From positions 11,677 to 75,676 of the IMG/VR virus record IMGVR_UViG_3300033151_000166: a stretch of DNA of 64,000 bases; one strand, 5' to 3'. Below the pieces are notes generated by a model. It worked only from the letters and a program-made list of their open reading frames with translations, made no database searches and was not told the DNA's origin. The translations under genes were made by a program, and so were the position numbers. This document shows, piece after piece, positions 17,104-26,931 of this stretch; position 1 is the first letter of the stretch, and each line of letters opens with the position of its first letter. Source of the DNA: a virus.

Positions 17104-17679
17104 ATGAATATTACTGATACAGTGGAACGTCAATGGAATTGGCAAAAGACAATGAACTCGGATTTTGATACTATGTACTTGGCAGCGATCGAAGAAGTTG
17201 GTGAGCTCGTAGCAAGCTTTGGATATGCAGACTGGAAAAAGTCAGAGAGAGATACTCAGAACATTCTAGTTGAGTCAGCCGACTTATTTATCTTTGTTAT
17301 CAACTGTGCATACTATGCTAAAGAACCTATTAAAGGTCAACTCAATCCTCATATGACACCTATCGGTGACGATCGCAAATTTGCTCAGACACTCATTAGA
17401 GCACTGTCAGAGAACGATATGGACTATCTAATCAACATTCTATTTACTGAGTACCCAATGGCATATGACTATGTAATGGCTAAGCAAGCACTTAATGCTC
17501 TACGTCAAGATCATGGCTATAAGACTGGTGACTACATTAAAAACTGGGGTACAGATACTAAACCATACGAAGACAATAGAGCTTTATCAGCACTACTTGG
17601 TCGTGGTTTAAACTACAATGGTATGTACTTGGAACTAAACACGCAGTATACTGCAATGATGACTACTAGACTAGGATAA
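17104..17679 (+). CDS. dut: Dimeric all-alpha dUTPase (Campylobacter type; dCTPase activity possible)
   Basis: EEVGEL..YADWKK, VESADLFIF, KQALNALRQDHGYKTGDYIKNW..EDN. Confidence 0.88.
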   Translation: MNITDTVERQWNWQKTMNSDFDTMYLAAIEEVGELVASFGYADWKKSERDTQNILVESADLFIFVINCAYYAKEPIKGQLNPHMTPIGDDRKFAQTLIRALSENDMDYLINILFTEYPMAYDYVMAKQALNALRQDHGYKTGDYIKNWGTDTKPYEDNRALSALLGRGLNYNGMYLELNTQYTAMMTTRLG

Positions 17680-17682
17680 ATC

Positions 17683-17859
17683 ATGGCAACAAGTGCAAAG
17701 AAGGTTTTGAAGATAGATGCTCACGGTCAAGTAGCCGGAACGTATCTATCAGCAACTGAAGCAGCTAAAGATGTAGGCGTTACACCTCAAGCTATCTCTA
17801 ATGCCTGTAGATATGGTATTAAGGTCAAAGGCACAAGGTGGATATATGCACGTACTTAA
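17683..17859 (+). CDS. Stand-alone NUMOD1-like DNA-binding protein (58 aa); absent from the ORF track
   Basis: MATSAKKVLKIDAHGQVAGTYLSATEAAKDVGVTPQAISNACRYGIKVKGTRWIYART; AGGA RBS. Confidence 0.8.
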   Translation: MATSAKKVLKIDAHGQVAGTYLSATEAAKDVGVTPQAISNACRYGIKVKGTRWIYART

Positions 17860-20611
17860 ATACTACCATGTAGACCACAAAGATAAGTGGCATATTGTAC
17901 CTGAAAGCCAGATACCAGTCAATGCTAAATATGAGTCAGTCATGTACCTTAAGTATAGAGCTGAAGATGTTGAAGCAAGTGGCGAGCAACAAGAGTATTG
18001 GGGTCCAATGTACATTGACCTTGATAGCGAAGACGTATTAATAGCCTTAGCTGATATGAGAGAGATCTTAACTTACTTAGACCTCAACTTTAATATCCAA
18101 GAACCTAACTATAGAATATATGCTAGTGGTAGTAAAGGCTTTCACCTAGAGATTAATCCATATCTATATATGGATGGTAAATTCAAAGTAGCTCTACCTC
18201 TACGTTACAGAGCTATGGCTGCTAGAATTAAACAAGATCTTGGTGATAGAGTCTGTATTGACATGGGTGTATACTCACAAGGTAAGGGTAGACAGTGGCG
18301 TAGACCAAACGTCAAGCGTGAGAATGGCAACTATAAAGTCTGGTTACCAAGAGCGGAGTTTAACAAGTTAGACTTGGATAAACTAAATGATGTAGTTAAA
18401 CAGCCAGGCTTGGTAGCACCAATATTTGAAAAAGTAATGGTGAATGAATTGCTTAAGTCCTGGTTTGAATCTACTAAGAAACTAGTTGAAATGGCTAAGC
18501 CATCAAAACCTGTACCAGATAACGTAATCCTAGATACTGAGACTCCTGAGTGTGTCGTTAAGTTAGCTAGGAATAAAGATGTTAAAGGTAATGTTAATTC
18601 AAACCTTCTAGCTATGCAAGCTATCAGTTATGGTATAGCTAGAGCTTGGAACGTAGATCAGATTATATCATATAACCGTGAGTTTATCAACAACTACCGC
18701 TCATCACAGTATAAAACTGCAGCGGCTTTTGAAGATCACTTTAGAGGTTTATACGACTATGCATCTGAAGCACCAGACAAATTTAAGTTTGGTTGTAAGA
18801 TGATGCTATCTTGTGTAGACTCAGTCGACTGTAACTCTTGTGCCATTAAGATCGGCGAAGACGCAGAGAACATGGTTGAAGGTATTATTGTTAAAGATGG
18901 TCACTACTATCTTATACCTGATGACCCTGATCAACAACCAAGAAAACTATCTAATTTTACCATCGACTTAAGATCAATGACTTATATGGAAAGTGAGCTA
19001 TACTCTGAAGAGCCACCAGTATTAGATATAAAATTTAGTAGTCCAAAGAACGCCACCAGAGGACTATGGTCAGAGAGCAAGAAGGTCAAGCAAGATCTTT
19101 TCGCAAGCAAACAGGCGTTCACTAAAATACTGAGCTTAGAGCTAGCTTACTTTGGCTCAGATAAGGACTTACAGATGTTGAAACTAGCTATTATGCATGC
19201 CAGTGACCCCAAGAAGATACTACAGGTTGAATACACTGGGTTATACTGGAAAAATGATGAGTGGCACTTTGTCACTAAAGACGGTTCTATGTCTCTTAAC
19301 GGGACTATTGATCTTATCAAGACTACAGCAGGTGCAGCGGCAGCTACTAAGACTAAGCTTAACTTTGAGTCTGAGCGCCCACCTAGACCTGACGAGATTA
19401 TAAAGTACTTTGATACTCTAGCTGAGATCAACTCTAGTATCGTAACAGTTCCACTTATCACTTGGTTCTTTGGAGCATTCTTTAGTCCGCACTGTATGAC
19501 TATGAATGAGCCAGCACCAAGTCTATTTGTTACGGGTTCACATGGAGCTGGTAAAACTCAGTCTATTCTACAGATGCATAGACTGTTTGCACCAGACAGA
19601 CCATCGTTTCCTTCTATTAGTAGTACAACAGCTTTCTCTATGAATAAGTTCTGTAGCTCGACTAACCTGATGCCACTCATATTTGATGAGTTTAAACCTT
19701 CAGCTAACACGTCTAAACGTGGTGAAGAGGGTCAAGTATCTCAAGCTATTCGTGCTTCATACAATAAAGGCTACGAGTCTCGTGGTACTAAGAATAGAAC
19801 AGTTGAAGAGACTCCTTTCTTGGCACCTATCGGCTTTATTGGTGAACAACAAATTAATGAGGGTGCAGTTCAAGATCGTATTGTTCTAGTACACATGGAT
19901 AAAGCAACTCACTCTAGAAAAAGATCTGATGCTCTGGAAGATTTGAAACGTCTTGATATTGAAGTCATTGGTGCTCACTTCCTAGAGTTTGCTATGCGTG
20001 TACGTCCAGAAGAATTTGTTAATAAGGTTCTAAGCTATGATAAGCAGTTAGAAGACAAGTATAACGGAGTCTTTGATAATAGACCACGTAGAAACTTAGC
20101 TAATCTTATGACTGTAATGGACTTGATTGAGCAGTATGTATTACTATATACAAGTGATGAGTCTTTGGTAGAGAAGTTGGCCGGTATTATGAACGAGTAT
20201 GTTAGCAGCTTCAATAGTCACTCTACTAAAGTATACAATGAAATGCGTGGTATGGACGATACAGTTCAAAGCCTTAATTCATTGAATGACCTTGCCGATC
20301 TCATTAACCCTAATCTAGGTGATTTGGCACTGATGAGAAATAGACAGTATACTATTGAGGATGGCATCCTATACATTGATGTAGCAGCTTGTTATACTAA
20401 CCTCAGCATCTATATCCAGAAGAATAGATTGAACTTGTATCTAACAGACAAATCTAGCTTCTTGATGCAGCTTAACCAGAAGAACTATGTAACTAAGAAG
20501 ATGTTCAAGTCAGATAAGATTATTAGTGGCAGACAGCGTATGCTAGTTGGTATCAACTTAGAATTAGCTGAAGCTAGCAGTGTTGTTCTAGACAACTTTA
20601 GTAGGAAATAA
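17846..20611 (+). CDS. AEP-type primase fused to a Cys-rich domain and a P-loop helicase
   Basis: YIDLD, YASGSKGFHL, C..GC....C...C..C cluster, GSHGAGKT, LIFDE; start refined to 17846 (AAGGTGG). Confidence 0.88.
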   Translation: MHVLKYYHVDHKDKWHIVPESQIPVNAKYESVMYLKYRAEDVEASGEQQEYWGPMYIDLDSEDVLIALADMREILTYLDLNFNIQEPNYRIYASGSKGFHLEINPYLYMDGKFKVALPLRYRAMAARIKQDLGDRVCIDMGVYSQGKGRQWRRPNVKRENGNYKVWLPRAEFNKLDLDKLNDVVKQPGLVAPIFEKVMVNELLKSWFESTKKLVEMAKPSKPVPDNVILDTETPECVVKLARNKDVKGNVNSNLLAMQAISYGIARAWNVDQIISYNREFINNYRSSQYKTAAAFEDHFRGLYDYASEAPDKFKFGCKMMLSCVDSVDCNSCAIKIGEDAENMVEGIIVKDGHYYLIPDDPDQQPRKLSNFTIDLRSMTYMESELYSEEPPVLDIKFSSPKNATRGLWSESKKVKQDLFASKQAFTKILSLELAYFGSDKDLQMLKLAIMHASDPKKILQVEYTGLYWKNDEWHFVTKDGSMSLNGTIDLIKTTAGAAAATKTKLNFESERPPRPDEIIKYFDTLAEINSSIVTVPLITWFFGAFFSPHCMTMNEPAPSLFVTGSHGAGKTQSILQMHRLFAPDRPSFPSISSTTAFSMNKFCSSTNLMPLIFDEFKPSANTSKRGEEGQVSQAIRASYNKGYESRGTKNRTVEETPFLAPIGFIGEQQINEGAVQDRIVLVHMDKATHSRKRSDALEDLKRLDIEVIGAHFLEFAMRVRPEEFVNKVLSYDKQLEDKYNGVFDNRPRRNLANLMTVMDLIEQYVLLYTSDESLVEKLAGIMNEYVSSFNSHSTKVYNEMRGMDDTVQSLNSLNDLADLINPNLGDLALMRNRQYTIEDGILYIDVAACYTNLSIYIQKNRLNLYLTDKSSFLMQLNQKNYVTKKMFKSDKIISGRQRMLVGINLELAEASSVVLDNFSRK

Positions 20612-20612
20612 T

Positions 20613-22046
20613 ATGACTTCCTTGGCAATGACTCCCTTCGATTATCAACTGGAAGATATGAAATTCTTAATATCATCTGGTAAAGCCGCATTGACACACG
20701 AACCTGGGGTTGGCAAAACCTTTGGTGCGATGTTAGCACTTACATATATAATCGAAAAGTCCGGCGGACAGGCCCTAGTTGTTATGCCACCTATTTTACT
20801 AAATACTTGGTATGAGAAATTCCATGAGTACTTTGATACTGATCTTAAGATATTTGTCTACAAAGGTTCGCCGAAAGAGCGTAAAGCGATCAAATTAGAG
20901 AACCATGACGTCGTCTTAGTAAGCTATGATTTATTGCAGCGAGACTATGAGTCGTTCAGAAAAATTCTATGGAAGTCAGTTACCATAGATGAAAGTAAGT
21001 ATATCAAGGTTGGCACTGTCACTAAGTCTAAGAAGACTGGAAACATGAATAAGTTTGGTTGTGTACAGTCTTTAGCCTATAGAGCTGAGTATGTGACCAT
21101 AATGAATGGGACACCCTTGACGAAATCACCTATGGATTTATTCCATATCTTTCAATTGATTAACCCTTCTATGTACATAACTAAGAAGAACTTCTTAAGA
21201 ACCCATGCTAGATATGCTAAGGATGATGGCGGTTTCCCTATGATCATTGGTTGGCAGAAGTTAGAAGCACTGCAAGTACGCCTTGATAGAGTCAGTAGAC
21301 GTATGATAAAGTCACAGGTACTGAAAGATCTACCACCTAAGCAGTTAATCATTAAACAATTTGACCTTGAACCTAAACATAGTAAGACCTTAAAAGAACT
21401 GATAGACTTTGGTTTTGTAGAGCTCAAAGACTCTAGTAAAGAATTCCTATTCTTAGAGGGTACTTCTTTATTGATGCAAGCTAGACAAGCTATGTTTGAT
21501 CCTAGTATATTAGGTTTACCTGGTGAGTCAGCATATGTAGAGGTATTACAAGATATCTTAGAGGACCTAGGTGATGAGCAAGTGATTATTTTTGCTCACT
21601 TTCATGGCACTATAGATATTATACGTAAGTTACTAGAGAAGATGAAGCTATCACACACTGAACTGCACGGTAGAGTCACAGCAGCTAAGCGAGATGGAGC
21701 AGTGACTGCATTTAAACAAAAGAAAGTCCAAGTACTACTAGCTAATGCTCTATCAGCTGGTGTAGGTCTAGACTTTCAACAAGCAAGGAATGTTATCTTT
21801 GCCGAGCTAGATCATCAAGTAGATAGTTTCTGGCAAGGTATGGATAGAGTACATAGACCAGGTCAAACTGATGATGTAAATGTCTTTGCACTGGTAGCTA
21901 AGAATACACCAGCCGTAGCTCTAATGAGAGGTATTAAAACTAATATAGACTATGTATCAGCTGTACTTACTGGTAAAGAAGACGCTTCAGTCCTATATAA
22001 CAATAGAATTACTGAGAAAGAGGAGAGAGAATGGATGGCTTTGTAG
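20613..22046 (+). CDS. SNF2-family SF2 helicase
   Basis: EPGVGKT, TIDES, MNGTP, IIFAHF, AGVGLD, QGMDRVHRPGQ. Confidence 0.92.
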   Translation: MTSLAMTPFDYQLEDMKFLISSGKAALTHEPGVGKTFGAMLALTYIIEKSGGQALVVMPPILLNTWYEKFHEYFDTDLKIFVYKGSPKERKAIKLENHDVVLVSYDLLQRDYESFRKILWKSVTIDESKYIKVGTVTKSKKTGNMNKFGCVQSLAYRAEYVTIMNGTPLTKSPMDLFHIFQLINPSMYITKKNFLRTHARYAKDDGGFPMIIGWQKLEALQVRLDRVSRRMIKSQVLKDLPPKQLIIKQFDLEPKHSKTLKELIDFGFVELKDSSKEFLFLEGTSLLMQARQAMFDPSILGLPGESAYVEVLQDILEDLGDEQVIIFAHFHGTIDIIRKLLEKMKLSHTELHGRVTAAKRDGAVTAFKQKKVQVLLANALSAGVGLDFQQARNVIFAELDHQVDSFWQGMDRVHRPGQTDDVNVFALVAKNTPAVALMRGIKTNIDYVSAVLTGKEDASVLYNNRITEKEEREWMAL

Positions 22047-22600
22047 AGGACCTAATAGAAGAGCATATGTATCTAGTAAATATCATAGCTCATAGATACA
22101 AGAACGCTAGTAATGGTTTAGGCTTTAATGATTTAGTACAAGAAGGTTCTATAGGTCTTATAACCGCAGTGGATTATTATGACCCCACCTACGGTACTAA
22201 GTTCTCTAGCTATGCTGGTATCTGGATTAAGCAGTCGATGACTGATGCCTTGACCTCTAAGTCTAGAGTACTGCGTCTACCAAGTCACATAGTATATAAC
22301 AAGTTTAGAATCCAGAAGTTTAAAGATCAATTTCTAGCTACTAATAACTTTGAACCTGATGTAGACATGATATCAAAATCATTGGTTATAGACCGACACC
22401 TTGTTATACAGATACTAGACCTACAGACTGATAAGTGTGGTTTAACTGAACTAGACTTTGAAGATCAAAACTCTGAAGACATGCTAGAAGTGGTTGAGCA
22501 AGATGACAATTTCGACTTTGTCATTAAAGGGATGAAGCGTCTCAGTACTAAAGAGCAAATTGTCCTAGCACTAAAATTTAACCTAATGAGCAAGATTTAA
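22031..22600 (+). CDS. Sigma70-family factor, regions 2-4.1, lacking the region 4.2 HTH
   Basis: DLVQEGSIGLITAVDYYDP..GTKFSSYA.IWIKQ, RLPSH; ends LSTKEQIVLALKFNL. Confidence 0.88.
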   Translation: MDGFVEDLIEEHMYLVNIIAHRYKNASNGLGFNDLVQEGSIGLITAVDYYDPTYGTKFSSYAGIWIKQSMTDALTSKSRVLRLPSHIVYNKFRIQKFKDQFLATNNFEPDVDMISKSLVIDRHLVIQILDLQTDKCGLTELDFEDQNSEDMLEVVEQDDNFDFVIKGMKRLSTKEQIVLALKFNLMSKI

Positions 22601-22614
22601 GAAACGGTTAAAAT

Positions 22615-22628
22615 ACTTGTGCTATAAT
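22615..22628 (+). promoter_or_regulatory. Extended -10 promoter
   Basis: ACTTGTGCTATAAT. Confidence 0.85.
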
Positions 22629-22689
22629 AATAACATCAAAAGTGAATGTGCACCTTTTGAGTAAAAATTTCAGCACACGGAGACAAAAC

Positions 22690-23325
22690 ATGGCAAAAGT
22701 AAAACAAAACATTGAAGATATGGACGTAACAGCTGAAGTAGAAGCACCTGTAACAGATGTAGTAGTAACAGGTACGGCGGCAACGCCAGTAGCATCAGGT
22801 TCACAGATGCAACAAATGAATACAGAATTTGAAGGTCTTGATACTATCGCTAGTTTCATGCCTTACTTTATTCTTGATGGCTCAGAGCTACTTAACAAGA
22901 CTGATAACTCAGCGCATCCAGCGCTTGAGGTGATTCTTGAAGGTGGTAAACCAGTATGGCAACTATGGGACGAAAGTTCTAACTTGATTGCTGAGAGTTT
23001 TGATGGAGCAGTTGATACAGCTGGTCGTCCTATGGCTGGCTTACTTGCAGCTGAGAAAGAAAAAGCTCAGAAACCTCAAGATATGAAGATCCAAGCACGT
23101 TATGAGATTTACTTCTTGTGGGACTATGCTGAAGAAGGTGAGAAACTTACAAAGATTTCACTGTCACCAGCATCTAAGTTCCAGCTTGCTGATTATATCA
23201 AAGAGCTTTCTAAAGATGGTCTTAAACTATCTGATGCAAAGACAAAGATCACTGCTGAGCGTGTAGTTTCTAAGCAAGGCTTCCGTTACAGCCGCGCTTC
23301 ATTCGAGAACATCGGAGACGCATAA
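22690..23325 (+). CDS. Putative ssDNA-binding protein
   Basis: Own promoter inside the replication cluster, acidic, OB-fold-like strand pattern; start refined to 22690; positional inference. Confidence 0.5.
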   Translation: MAKVKQNIEDMDVTAEVEAPVTDVVVTGTAATPVASGSQMQQMNTEFEGLDTIASFMPYFILDGSELLNKTDNSAHPALEVILEGGKPVWQLWDESSNLIAESFDGAVDTAGRPMAGLLAAEKEKAQKPQDMKIQARYEIYFLWDYAEEGEKLTKISLSPASKFQLADYIKELSKDGLKLSDAKTKITAERVVSKQGFRYSRASFENIGDA

Positions 23326-23480
23326 TGCGTGCCGGTGGTTCTGGCTGTGTAGGCCGACCTGATGGTGGCAATGAGCGTGAAGGTAAAGCCCGCTTTACTA
23401 AGACGCCAATGACACTACAACGTAAGATCAATCGCCGCAAGAGTAAAGCGGCTCGTGCTAGTCGTAAGGCTAATAGATGA
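23325..23480 (+). CDS. 51-aa Arg/Lys-rich peptide; absent from the ORF track
   Basis: GGAG RBS, TAATG coupling; ...LQRKINRRKSKAARASRKANR. Confidence 0.7.
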   Translation: MRAGGSGCVGRPDGGNEREGKARFTKTPMTLQRKINRRKSKAARASRKANR

Positions 23481-23689
23481 TGGATATGTCAGCAGCAGTT
23501 TTAATGGAAGTTATGACTGCTGATATGATGGCTAGAAGAGGGCAGATAAGTCATACTTATACGCGCTTAATGAGTCAACTATCTGGGCTACATGCATCTA
23601 AGGCTAGTCATAATCCCTGGCTATTCACAGTGTTAAACTGTATCACGTATAAGGCAAGCTATGAGCGTAATCTTAATAGAGGGTCCTGA
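23477..23689 (+). CDS. Hypothetical protein
   Basis: ATGA overlap. Confidence 0.55.
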   Translation: MMDMSAAVLMEVMTADMMARRGQISHTYTRLMSQLSGLHASKASHNPWLFTVLNCITYKASYERNLNRGS

Positions 23690-24173
23690 CAAGTGTGGTA
23701 AAACCACGCTAGTCAAGAGTCTAACTACGGCTGGTCTACTTCCAAGAGCAAAGCATCTACCTGATGGTCCTTTTAGACCATTGGTTATAGATGGTGCAGT
23801 GACTGGTTTAGCATCCACTTTCTTATTCTTTGCTAATGAACAACAGTTCTGGCAAGACTATGCAACCACTCCAGGCGACTTCGTCTGTGATCGCGGTATG
23901 ATATCTATGTTAGTCTATCAAGGCTATCTTCTTGGTAACATGCCACCTATTGTTATTCTTAACCTGTATAAGACGATCATGACTGATCTGAACATTACAG
24001 AGATTGTATACTTGACAAATGAACCTTTTGAAGAGTATGATGACAATGACTTATTCGAAGCTTATGGGTACACGCAGATACGTGCCTGTTATGAAGACGC
24101 TATTAAACTTGTAGAGTCTAACTTCGCAGATATAAAAATTACCCGCTTAGATCTTTCTGTAGACACACATTAG
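23661..24173 (+). CDS. Thymidylate/dNMP kinase
   Basis: IEGPDKCGKTT P-loop, VCDRG..S.LVYQ. Confidence 0.85.
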   Translation: MSVILIEGPDKCGKTTLVKSLTTAGLLPRAKHLPDGPFRPLVIDGAVTGLASTFLFFANEQQFWQDYATTPGDFVCDRGMISMLVYQGYLLGNMPPIVILNLYKTIMTDLNITEIVYLTNEPFEEYDDNDLFEAYGYTQIRACYEDAIKLVESNFADIKITRLDLSVDTH

Positions 24174-24265
24174 ACGCTTAACAGCGTCTTCGGGTACTTT
24201 TCAAATATTCTAATTTAAACTTAAACTATATGAAAAGTACCCCACCAATTTTAGGAGCTTAAAAA

Positions 24266-24994
24266 ATGTTATTTATTGATGCTAACAACTATGTTAAAAG
24301 AATTTATCACGGCGGTGGAAATCCTTACACGCTAATTCATGACCTACTCATGAAAAATCTGGACGTACAAATTCAATTTGTATGTGACACTAGTTCTAGT
24401 CGTAAGCCTAGACGAGAGATACACCCTAAGTATAAGTTTGGAAGAGACATGGGTGATGACCCAGTATACTTTGAAGTTATGGAGAACTGTCAGAACATAG
24501 CTAGATGCTTTGACAATGTAACAGCTCTAAACATCATTAACGCTGAGGCTGATGATTACATCGCTAATAGTGTATCAAAAGGTGACACTGTTATCTCTAA
24601 TGACCGCGATCTTTGGCCTTTAGTAAAAGACGGTGTTGAGATACTTCTTAACGCTTCTATGCGTGTAGATGAAGTGGCAATGGTACATAAGTTTGACACG
24701 AAAAATCCAGACCACATTTATCTCTATAAATGCTTAGTTGGTGACACATCAGACAAGATCCCAGGTAAACGTGGATTTGGTAAAGCTGCTTGGGGTAAAT
24801 TATCTGGCTATGAAAGAGATAAAGTATGGGAAGCATTACGTACTGGTGAGGCGCATGACCTAATCAATGAGCAGGTTCTTATGTGTTATAAGCTAGCGAT
24901 GCCTTTACCTATTGGCTCTTACGAAATCGAGCAGCTTGAAAACCTTAATAGAACTTCGGTTCAATATTGTGAAGACAAAGGAATTATCTTATGA
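24266..24994 (+). CDS. 5'-3' exonuclease (FEN/T5 D15/T4 RNase H family)
   Basis: FIDAN, YK.GR, EADDYI, SNDRDL, GDTSDKIPG. Confidence 0.92.
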   Translation: MLFIDANNYVKRIYHGGGNPYTLIHDLLMKNLDVQIQFVCDTSSSRKPRREIHPKYKFGRDMGDDPVYFEVMENCQNIARCFDNVTALNIINAEADDYIANSVSKGDTVISNDRDLWPLVKDGVEILLNASMRVDEVAMVHKFDTKNPDHIYLYKCLVGDTSDKIPGKRGFGKAAWGKLSGYERDKVWEALRTGEAHDLINEQVLMCYKLAMPLPIGSYEIEQLENLNRTSVQYCEDKGIIL

Positions 24995-26898
24995 TCTATA
25001 ACAAATCAAATATACAGGATGCACTTGCCATCCTTAAAGACAGTCCAGAAGAGATCTGGTCTATTGACCTCGAGACATACAACCCTTACGAGAACGCCTG
25101 GTTTATGGAACTTAGCGCTAAGCAAAGACCATTGAACCGTATTGACAGTAAGATCGTGTCACTTCAGCTGGCTACACCATCTGGTATTGAGATGTACTTT
25201 GACTTTGCTCACAAGCAAGAGGGTGAAGACTTACGTCTTGACTATAAGTATCTAGGCGAGATCCTAGATCAATGTAAGTCCAATGACTTGATCGCTCACA
25301 ATGCAGCCTTTGAGTATGGAATGATCTTGCGTCATGGCTACGACTGCCCTCAAGATTACTATGATACTATGATTATGGGAGTACTATACAATGAAAACAT
25401 GGCACAAGGTCTTAAGCCTACGATTAAAACTCGTTTTGGTCACATCATGCCTAGCTACGCTGAGACTGTTGGTGACGGTACTATGGCTGATATCACTGCC
25501 ATCGAAGGTTATGAATATGGTATGTCTGATGCTGATTGGACTCTTAAGCTTTATGACTGGTATGCTGAGCGCATTAGCATGGCCTATTATGAAACTTTTG
25601 AAATGGATACTATTAAAATTATCTCTCACCAGTACGCCGGAGGACAGGCTATCGATACAGACAGACTTGCAGAAATTCAAGCAGAAGATATCTTGGCTCG
25701 TGATGTAATCTTTGACAAGTTTCCTGAACTAAAAGAGATAAACATGAACAGTCCTAAGCAGGTAGCAGTGTTCTTATACGATGAGATGGGTCTTAAACCT
25801 TTTAAAGTCTCAAAGAAAACAGGAGCTCCGTCCACAGACAAAGAGTCACTGTTTGAGTTGGAGTCAGAGTATGGTAAGCAGTATCCTATTGTTAAAGCCT
25901 TCGCTGATATTCGTAAGCTTGAGACAAGATTGAAACTATACTATCGTCCTTACCCTAAGTTGATCTATCCTGATGGACTACTACACTCAGAGATACGCCA
26001 GACTGGTACAGTTACAGGTAGATTTAGTTCTAACTCACCTAACACTCAGCAAGTAGCTAAGCGTGGTGATGGTAAGAAGGTTCGTGATGTATACATACCT
26101 CATAAAGGTCACGACTGTATCGTATGTATTGACTGGTCTCAGATTGAGATGCGTATTGCAGCTCACATGTCTAACGACCCTAAGCTAGTTGATGGATATC
26201 TAACTGAGAAAGATATGCACACACTGTCTGGTACAAACATCTCTGGTCTAGAGTATGATGAGATGGTAGCGCTGGTCAATGAAGAAGACTCAGAACAGAA
26301 AGCTAACCGCCAAAAAGGTAAGACTCTAAACTTTGCATCACTATACCTAGCATCACCAATGCGTCTAGCTAAATTTGATCTATTGGATTGTACAGTGCCA
26401 GAGGCTGAGCTATTCTTATCAGCTCACAAGCTAGGTTATGAGGGATACTTCTATAACTATGTTAATAAAGTATCTCGTGATGTTAATACTAATGGCTATG
26501 TTCAAACACTATTTGGTCGTACTAGACACTTGCCTGATATTAAGTCACCGATCAGAGTTTTAAGAAGTAGTGCTGAGACTCAAGCGTTGAACGCTACGAT
26601 ACAGGGAACAGCTGGAGATATAATGAAGCTTAGCTTAAACACTCTATGGTCTGAGAAACTTCTATTCTTGAAGGACTTCAGATTTATTATGCAGGTTCAT
26701 GATGAATTTGTATTTAGTTGTACTCATGAAGCCGCAGCTGAATTAATGCCTAAGGTCAGAGAGATCATGCAGCGTGTACCTAAAGGTTTCAGAGTACCTA
26801 TCGTTGCTGAGGTATCTATAGGACCGAACTTTGGTGATCAGCGCGAGCTACACGGTGATCTATCACTTGAGAATATCAAGCGCAAACTCTCTTTGTAA
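24991..26898 (+). CDS. DNA polymerase family A with a 3'-5' exonuclease domain
   Basis: IDLET, HNAAFE, TVTGRFSS..PN, DWSQIEMR, GKTLNFASLY, IQGTAGDIMK, QVHDE. Confidence 0.96.
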   Translation: MIYNKSNIQDALAILKDSPEEIWSIDLETYNPYENAWFMELSAKQRPLNRIDSKIVSLQLATPSGIEMYFDFAHKQEGEDLRLDYKYLGEILDQCKSNDLIAHNAAFEYGMILRHGYDCPQDYYDTMIMGVLYNENMAQGLKPTIKTRFGHIMPSYAETVGDGTMADITAIEGYEYGMSDADWTLKLYDWYAERISMAYYETFEMDTIKIISHQYAGGQAIDTDRLAEIQAEDILARDVIFDKFPELKEINMNSPKQVAVFLYDEMGLKPFKVSKKTGAPSTDKESLFELESEYGKQYPIVKAFADIRKLETRLKLYYRPYPKLIYPDGLLHSEIRQTGTVTGRFSSNSPNTQQVAKRGDGKKVRDVYIPHKGHDCIVCIDWSQIEMRIAAHMSNDPKLVDGYLTEKDMHTLSGTNISGLEYDEMVALVNEEDSEQKANRQKGKTLNFASLYLASPMRLAKFDLLDCTVPEAELFLSAHKLGYEGYFYNYVNKVSRDVNTNGYVQTLFGRTRHLPDIKSPIRVLRSSAETQALNATIQGTAGDIMKLSLNTLWSEKLLFLKDFRFIMQVHDEFVFSCTHEAAAELMPKVREIMQRVPKGFRVPIVAEVSIGPNFGDQRELHGDLSLENIKRKLSL

Positions 26899-26900
26899 TT

Positions 26901-26914
26901 ACTTGTGATATAAT
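26901..26914 (+). promoter_or_regulatory. Extended -10 promoter
   Basis: ACTTGTGATATAAT exact. Confidence 0.85.
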
Positions 26915-26931
26915 ATGTTTACAAAGGAAAA

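Noticed and set aside
24991-26898. Intein or intron in the polymerase or helicases
   Set aside because: Motif spacing is compact and uninterrupted; no splicing motifs seen
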